A stretch of 62,332 nt of DNA, filler included, from Nemertoderma westbladi (Eukaryota > Animalia > Xenacoelomorpha): NCBI GenBank assembly GCA_032718475.1. It is 3 parts of 3 records of this genome, joined end to end, with 100 filler letters (N's around TTAATTAATTAA, not from the genome) between each part and the next. Parts side by side here need not be neighbours in the genome. Positions count along the whole stretch, not along the records: positions 34,264 to 62,332 come from JAUCBJ010002702.1; 2 more parts are not named here. One strand, given 5' to 3'. The notes under the pieces are model-generated. The model was not told the DNA's origin. It saw nothing but the letters and a program-made list of their open reading frames with translations, and ran no database searches. The position numbers and the translations under genes are program-made. Every line of letters begins with the position of its first letter. Position 1 is the first letter of the stretch. Positions 57,101 through 62,332 of this stretch are shown piece by piece.

Positions 57101-59130
57101 AGAAACCCGTTTCTAGGAGAAGGGTAACACCAGTATGTTATACCGACGACGGTGAAAGCCAAACTTCTCAAGGAGAGGACAGCGGGAAAGACACTGACAG
57201 GTCTTATTATGTCAATAAAATGCCTAAAGATCAGGTAAGTAAATCCAAGTCTCGACCCAATGACAGAAGGGAACCGGTACAAAAAACCCCTCCTACGTCT
57301 CCTAAAAGAATTCAGGTGAGAAAGCCCGAGGAAAGAACAAGTGTGCACCACATAGCACAGGTTAAAGTAAGTAACATCAAGCCGAAATGTGTGCTGTGCG
57401 ACGGGCCCCACCGTTTGAATGTGTGTGATGAATTCCTGAGGAAATCACTCGAGGATAGACGTGAAGTCATGTGGGATAAGCGGTTGTGTTATAATTGCCT
57501 CAGACGAGGACACCAACGGCGAACCTGTTACTCCGACGCAAGGTGTGCAAAGTGCGGTGCAAAACATCATATCTTGTTGCACACTGAATTCGAACGAAAC
57601 AGCTCGAGTCAGGTAAGTGAGTCCGAACTACATGTCCAATTCAGTGATGTGAACGACACTGACCAAAGTTCTGAGATGGAAGGATTCTATACGGACGAAT
57701 TCTCCGACCAAAACGAATCCTGTTACCTAATAAACACCACCGCAGTGTATCGAGCACTCGTGCATGAGAAAGACACAGACAGCGACCTTACCCTAACTAC
57801 TTCAGATCAACAACAATCTTGGAAAGCGCCAACTTCAAATGTAGGAATCCGAGAATTTCCTGTAGTCCAGTTACGGGTCCACGGACCTCAGAAGAGCTAT
57901 ATAGTGAACGCCCTCCTGGACTCCGGCAGCACAGGAACATTCATCGATAAAGAACTAGCCGAAGACATCTTTGCTGGACAACCCAAGTTCCGAACCAAGC
58001 TAAACATGTCAGGGATCATGCAGGTTTGGAAATCTGCTGTGGCTGCCGACTATTATATAGGTGATTTGTCCACTCCACAGGATAAACTAGGAGAACACAG
58101 TATAAGGTCAGTCAAAATGGTGGCAATAAAGAACTTCGCTACCACCCAAGTGGAACCTTATAATTGGGACGAAGATGATCATGCCCAACAACTTAACATC
58201 CCTAGATTCGACACCGATTATCCTGGAGTACAAATACTCATCGGTCAAAATGCGCATGAAGCGCTCGAGACATTGGAGAAACGGCCTGCTCAACCGCAAC
58301 CTCTACAAGTTTATGCGGTAAGAACTAGAGTAGGTTGGTACCTTACTGGACCTTCCCGTAGAACGCTCAGGGAAAGACTGCTTCAAGATCGCGTCTGCCA
58401 GGTGAGTGAATGGGAAGACGATACTAGTGAGGGAGACGACCCAACTGAGGGAACACCACACTCCTCAGATAATGACAATCTTAACTCCAATGTAGATCAA
58501 TGGAGATATTGCCCCAAGACGATGAATATAGCCGACATCGCTTCCAGAGGAGCAACTCCTCAAGAACTGACAGATACTCCAGACCGGCTAGGTGAACCCG
58601 ACTTCCTGAGTAAGGAGGATGAATGGCCTCCCCATCTTACTCCGGCTGAGATTAGACAAGCCAAGGGAGCGGAGAAAGTCAAACCTAAAACCTGGACGGG
58701 TGGATCGGAGTTATTTGAACCCGGGATAGATCTGTCGGTATTACATATTGCCAGGGACGACGCCGTGGATCTGGACCTCCCCACCGCGAGTGGATCCTTC
58801 ATGAAGATCAGAGGGAGCGATTGGAGCTCTGGAACATCAGACGTCTCGCAGGGACTCTTACCTCTCCTGCAGGGAGCGACGGACCACTATAGCTCCTGGA
58901 ATCGGCTTTGTAACGCCGTCATATACTTTGAGCGATGTTTCTATCGTCACTATTCCAGGACGAAGAGGAAACCTGGAATTGTATTCGGGATGCAGCGACT
59001 CAATCACCCAGTCGGTCGTTTGTGTTTACCGGAAGGGAATGGAGGACTCTCCGGAAACTGTGGAAGGCAAGATTCTCTTCCCACGACCACCTCCCTAATC
59101 CTTCAAACATCTAGGGACTCCATAACGTAA
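54139..59130 (+). CDS. BEL/Pao Gag-protease polyprotein, 1663 aa, lacking RT, most of RNase H and the integrase core
   Basis: Capsid-like KFNGD...KLRFL..CLEG...L..RYG; three knuckles CVLCDGPH, CYNCLRRGH, CAKCGAKHH; ALLDSGST; RTRVGWYLTGP; then WRYCP..MNIADIASRG, YSSWNRL, HPVGRLCL. Confidence 0.9.
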   Translation: MSDTRQTLSDSLLETTVCFSDRSIENPRPRSETPPTVRKTTPTVAVSEPRLVEAISQFAKLVKRRRSIIGTRAQVKRDQEAAEQQQPASQELISQRPNSSSSEDTVELTPERGARMTDAVYSDPLLILPAAVLTRLLIAVEEHQIDWARSKRSTKDSYEGYTREELKSMVESQWNFPGPGLPFDLSEAAWEDIHRMGVAKETINPAVWKRSAAGYAQGFFSSMERVKEQLFQQPQGPQEQGQLLYQVRERILRIRLILSAFEEASKRRQDTSLQVAVKTWFQRVSRQVQGTAQWKAQLEERSTHGESTDATFSQVESEATAEKPHKRDAIDIYLSDYQRFLGDEELRRRLEGLSPNSEGAQRVLDAIDVDRLAANQAKFNESIRIAKVQEEQVKKKRIEDRKKAAEAAAETKAAAAEAKAAAAAVEAERKAAEAERKVAAAAVEAERKAAEAERKIAVAEAERRASEETTQLELKNLQERQDNFNKQLTASNMQMMNRSTPKRQGYTSSEEGDTTDTEGKGSRSRLSRRKRTSHRQKLPDLPPAVRRQLNNTSLGSTEPTDQIIKIERLPTIVDEPEIIRPVLEITPSVIDTPVLPEATSKFPLHSTKLPVPSRTAHETVQVLDPERNIHDLSPVVPRPPATTLATPVSAVEWVDERRRGMDLLLGQMQETVQQFKGTVRESRLELQEVQQSIALERDKLVNTQRGIPPPPVTMCQPVRSEVSHAQGVEPTRIYTASEVETPIVNPIKGNYKPVDNDISSRLDNNPRNLYTDNSLFNNTMAQESFTRQMARTEARQAVKVGEIVKFNGDEMKWLPFNEYYKDNIQNSVLSNGEKLRFLIECLEGPPKSMALKFIGHPDGLRQVWDTLNIRYGNRTNIARYLYAKLMAPRKFLSSGIIEFSDEIQEICRQLDWLGKSHEYQNSMVVGALASTLPKGGVGTRWDKKVLYMMEQQQRDPTMADLMSFLDSEVKLQLIKQSREKTAESKVSEKPVSRRRVTPVCYTDDGESQTSQGEDSGKDTDRSYYVNKMPKDQVSKSKSRPNDRREPVQKTPPTSPKRIQVRKPEERTSVHHIAQVKVSNIKPKCVLCDGPHRLNVCDEFLRKSLEDRREVMWDKRLCYNCLRRGHQRRTCYSDARCAKCGAKHHILLHTEFERNSSSQVSESELHVQFSDVNDTDQSSEMEGFYTDEFSDQNESCYLINTTAVYRALVHEKDTDSDLTLTTSDQQQSWKAPTSNVGIREFPVVQLRVHGPQKSYIVNALLDSGSTGTFIDKELAEDIFAGQPKFRTKLNMSGIMQVWKSAVAADYYIGDLSTPQDKLGEHSIRSVKMVAIKNFATTQVEPYNWDEDDHAQQLNIPRFDTDYPGVQILIGQNAHEALETLEKRPAQPQPLQVYAVRTRVGWYLTGPSRRTLRERLLQDRVCQVSEWEDDTSEGDDPTEGTPHSSDNDNLNSNVDQWRYCPKTMNIADIASRGATPQELTDTPDRLGEPDFLSKEDEWPPHLTPAEIRQAKGAEKVKPKTWTGGSELFEPGIDLSVLHIARDDAVDLDLPTASGSFMKIRGSDWSSGTSDVSQGLLPLLQGATDHYSSWNRLCNAVIYFERCFYRHYSRTKRKPGIVFGMQRLNHPVGRLCLPEGNGGLSGNCGRQDSLPTTTSLILQTSRDSIT

Positions 59131-59678
59131 CAACATATGGAGTGGGTGTGTGACTCTATTATTTTCTATTATTTTATTATTTTTATATTTCTGTATGTAT
59201 TACTATGTAATTTTATTATAATCGTTTTCTTTAATTTTATTCAGTAGAATGTTATTTTAGCGATTATTTAGTAGATTAGTGCAATATATATTCGCGTTTA
59301 TTACTTAATTACGTATATATTATATTTAATGCGACGGCAAGAAATAATTCTTTTTCTCTTTCCTTACTGTCCGTATCATATTATAAATACGTGACTACAG
59401 TAAGATGAAATGTCCGTACTTATTAAAGTACAATAAAGCCACTACTATATTTAAGTATTATTGGTAGGCAGAGTATTAGGAATGCAAAGTTCAGATCCTC
59501 GTGTCTCGGCTAAACCAAGCTCTGGGTAGACCTTGGAAACGACTTGCCTCTTCACACTGACATTGCTTCGTGCGATATTGCTCTCATACCGTATATTAAA
59601 TAATACATATAGTAGCGTGATGTCCCTTTAACAGTAGCGTAAAACGCAAAATAAATCTGTTAAACCCTTTGACCATCT

Positions 59679-59965
59679 GCAATTCTAGTCGATTAAGATA
59701 TCGCGGCACCCACCGATATACTTGAAAGACAAAATTCTAGAATCAGTGGTTAACGTCCCCAGACAAGTTCTGGAATAAATTGGTGCCCATCTCAAATATT
59801 AATTATTTAATATTTACAAATCTATAAATCAAAATCTGTAAAATTCAGATCCTTTAACAATTCTAGTCGATTAAGATATCGTAGCACTTACCGATACTCT
59901 TAAAAGACAATTTTCATAGAATTAAGGATCCTATGTCCCCAGACCTGCTCTGGAATCAAATTGTG
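59679..59965 (+). repeat. Imperfect ~180-bp period duplication (a second, ~100-bp period pair lies at 60935-61082)
   Basis: CAATTCTAGTCGATTAAGATATCG...GTCCCCAGAC twice; AACTGGGCAACC...GGGGCTCTGTTAACCC twice. Confidence 0.8.
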
Positions 59966-61424
59966 TCAATTTAACTATCAAATAATAAAATTTCAGGGAA
60001 TAAATTTAAATTCATACTTTAATGAATTTAATAAATTGCAATTTTATGCAATTTATAACATTCCCAAAATTCCATTAATTAATAGATCATGGGAGCGGAG
60101 ATTCACTATATTAAGTGTATTTGTGTGTGAGAATCTCCAATGTATAGTCAATAGCCGATAAAATTCATAAAATCATATATAGAGAGGATATTGACAATTA
60201 AAGAATTACTATTAAATAGCATCCCAGATCTGTATGCATGAGAATTACCCTAATTCTACCGCTAGCTTTCCATAATGTCACCATGGCAACAACCACGCTA
60301 GAATTAGAAGTGAGTTAAAAGAACAATAAAGAAGGCAATGGTTGCAGATTGTATACATACTATAGGGCCACCCTAATTCATAACATTTTAAACACTAATG
60401 ATTGCATATATCTATTAAATTTAGTGGTTGTTATATTGAGGCAATATATTATTAGTTATTTAATATGTAATTTGTTTTGTTTTTTTTTAACCAAAGGCAC
60501 ATGCAGTTAGTAATTACGATAGTTGTGCTATTAGTTTGATTGGTGATGGGATTGCTGATTACTAAAGTTTAAAATTATTTTTATCTCATTTAATTAAATG
60601 AGATATGTGTATTTTTTTATAAAGAAGTAAGTTAGTAGGTATAATACCTCAAATTGCATAAATGACGGATATTTACGTCATGATTTACGTCAGATGACGT
60701 TAGCAATTAAAAAATAGTCAAAAAATGCCCCACATTTCAGGGGTTATGAGAGTTATACTGGTGATTGCTGAACATAGTTGGTTGTCTCGAGATCTTCTTT
60801 GGAATTTATGTGTTTGTATGTTTTGTGTAATGGTACATGTTTTGTTATATCTCACTCTTGGCATGCGGTATTCCGTAAGGGGTAAAGAAGCCTAAATTAT
60901 GAAGTATTCCATTAACCGGGCTGGTATCTGACATCAACTGGGCAACCTCTTTATTGGGGCTCTGTTAACCCAGGAAGTTGTAGATATAGAGCCATATTTA
61001 TGGAGAACAACATTAAACTGGCTGTTACCAACCATGAACTGGGCAACCTTCTTAAATGGGGCTCTGTTAACCCTCGAAGTGGTGATGTAAATCCGTGTCC
61101 GTTGTGATCAATTGTATAATCGTATGATTATTGCTTGCATTTATCTGAGTCTGATATGGGTCCAAATTCTGAAGAATCTCGGGACCAACTGAATTTTGTT
61201 TAGTTGTTATCTATAACTTTATCATTTTCTAAATGTAAAATTAAATTAACTCTTAGAGCAGTGTCCACATTTTTATATGTGGATCGTTTTTTTTTTCTCG
61301 GCTTATTAAGGGTTCTTGAAATTATTACTTTTTGGTAACATGAACCTCTATTAAAGAAATGGTGTATTTATGTTATTTATTTTTCTTTGCTTCGTAGATT
61401 TCGGCAACGAAATCTAGAGGGGGC

Positions 61425-61862
61425 TGTGGAAATCGCTCGCCCTCTAGCGACGCTATTCCCACATCTGAAGCATACTACCAAGCTTCAGTGTTTTCAGTAT
61501 TGTCTGGTAACCAGTAGTGTACCGTGTTGATACGTAACTACTGCAGTGCCGCCAGTATTTTTCGTACCACACATACATCAGTACATAATTTCATACCTAT
61601 ATGATATATATTCGCATTACTGCATTATTATACAGATATACAAGGTTTCAGTCAGTCAGATAATTATTACTTTTCTCCTTTTGTCCTATCTGCCTGTCTT
61701 ACTGTATTTGATGGAATCATTGTGCGTTGTGGGAAATACTAAACAGCTTAACCAGCAAACAACAGACTATCACATACGCCGCTTTATACCAGACAATCAA
61801 GATTAGGCTTTTCATCTTATTTCTGACGTCATTAACCCGACGTCTGGCGTGTGATCTTCACA
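61425..61862 (+). repeat. LTR-like segment with no partner in the window
   Basis: TGTGGAAA...TCTTCACA ends; preceded by a PPT; abuts a LINE RT cut mid-motif. Confidence 0.65.
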
Positions 61863-62332
61863 CAGTCTCTCGCTCACGTATGTTCAGCATACTTTCATTA
61901 TATGGGATACCTGATGAAATTATTGCAGCAATCAGATAAGTATACGATGGTTCGACAACATTTGTGTCTACTGTTGACGGTGACACAGAACCATTTGAAG
62001 TGTTATGGGGCGTCCTCCAGGGAGACACACTTGCACCATTCTTGTTCATAATTGTTATTAACTATGTTCTACGCATGTCCTTAGATCATCATAATGATGA
62101 TGGGGTGATGATAAATCCACCTACTGGCTCCAGAAGTCGAGGGAATTCTGCCAAGTACCTAACTGATCTAGACTTTGCTGATGACTTAGGAGTACTCTCA
62201 GAATCACTAGAGGGAGCCCAACGGCTCCTCAGCTCATTAGAACATGCTGCTTCTAGTGTTGGTCTTTTTATTAACTCCAGAAAGACCAAAATTTTGACAA
62301 CATCTCAATCAATTTTCATCAATTTTGACTCT
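61863..62332 (+). mobile_element. RTE-like LINE RT fragment (decayed)
   Basis: YGIPDEII, GVLQGDTLAPFLF, DLDFADD, KTK; in-frame TAA near 61937. Confidence 0.88.

Larger units (their letters stand above)
50793..61424 (+). mobile_element. BEL/Pao copy C: 5' LTR, long leader, gag-protease ORF, long 3' region (3' assignment uncertain)
   Basis: TGTAAAAGC start homologous to A and B; hairpin plus AGAGGGGGC PPT at 61395-61424. Confidence 0.75.

Noticed and set aside
59131-61400. Possible env gene after the C ORF
   Set aside because: AT-rich, with no long ORF on either strand

Overview
Eukaryotic (invertebrate animal) genomic scaffold with two artificial gaps (N-runs with a TTAATTAATTAA linker). One host gene is recognisable: liprin-alpha (PPFIA/syd-2) on the minus strand. 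It has 12 confidently placed exons from 30316 to 16951 covering the coiled coils, SAM1 and part of SAM2; the final exons are not in the window. The rest is mobile DNA: three copies (A, B, C) of one BEL/Pao LTR family, with A nested in B; a second unrelated BEL/Pao element (D); a recent CsRn1-type Gypsy; an apparently intact two-ORF LINE; RTE-like and CRE-like LINE remnants; a tRNA-derived SINE; and foldback/MITE-like repeats. Most notable: (1) two independent BEL/Pao elements that keep gag plus protease but lack RT and integrase; (2) a ~2.7 kb leader in family A/B/C with hairpins showing compensatory base changes; (3) copy C ends in an LTR unrelated to its 5' end; (4) a ~30-copy 52-bp array in which each unit repeats the liprin exon's splice donor; (5) a 4-kb minisatellite expanded inside a SINE. 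All family calls are from motif recognition by eye, not database searches.
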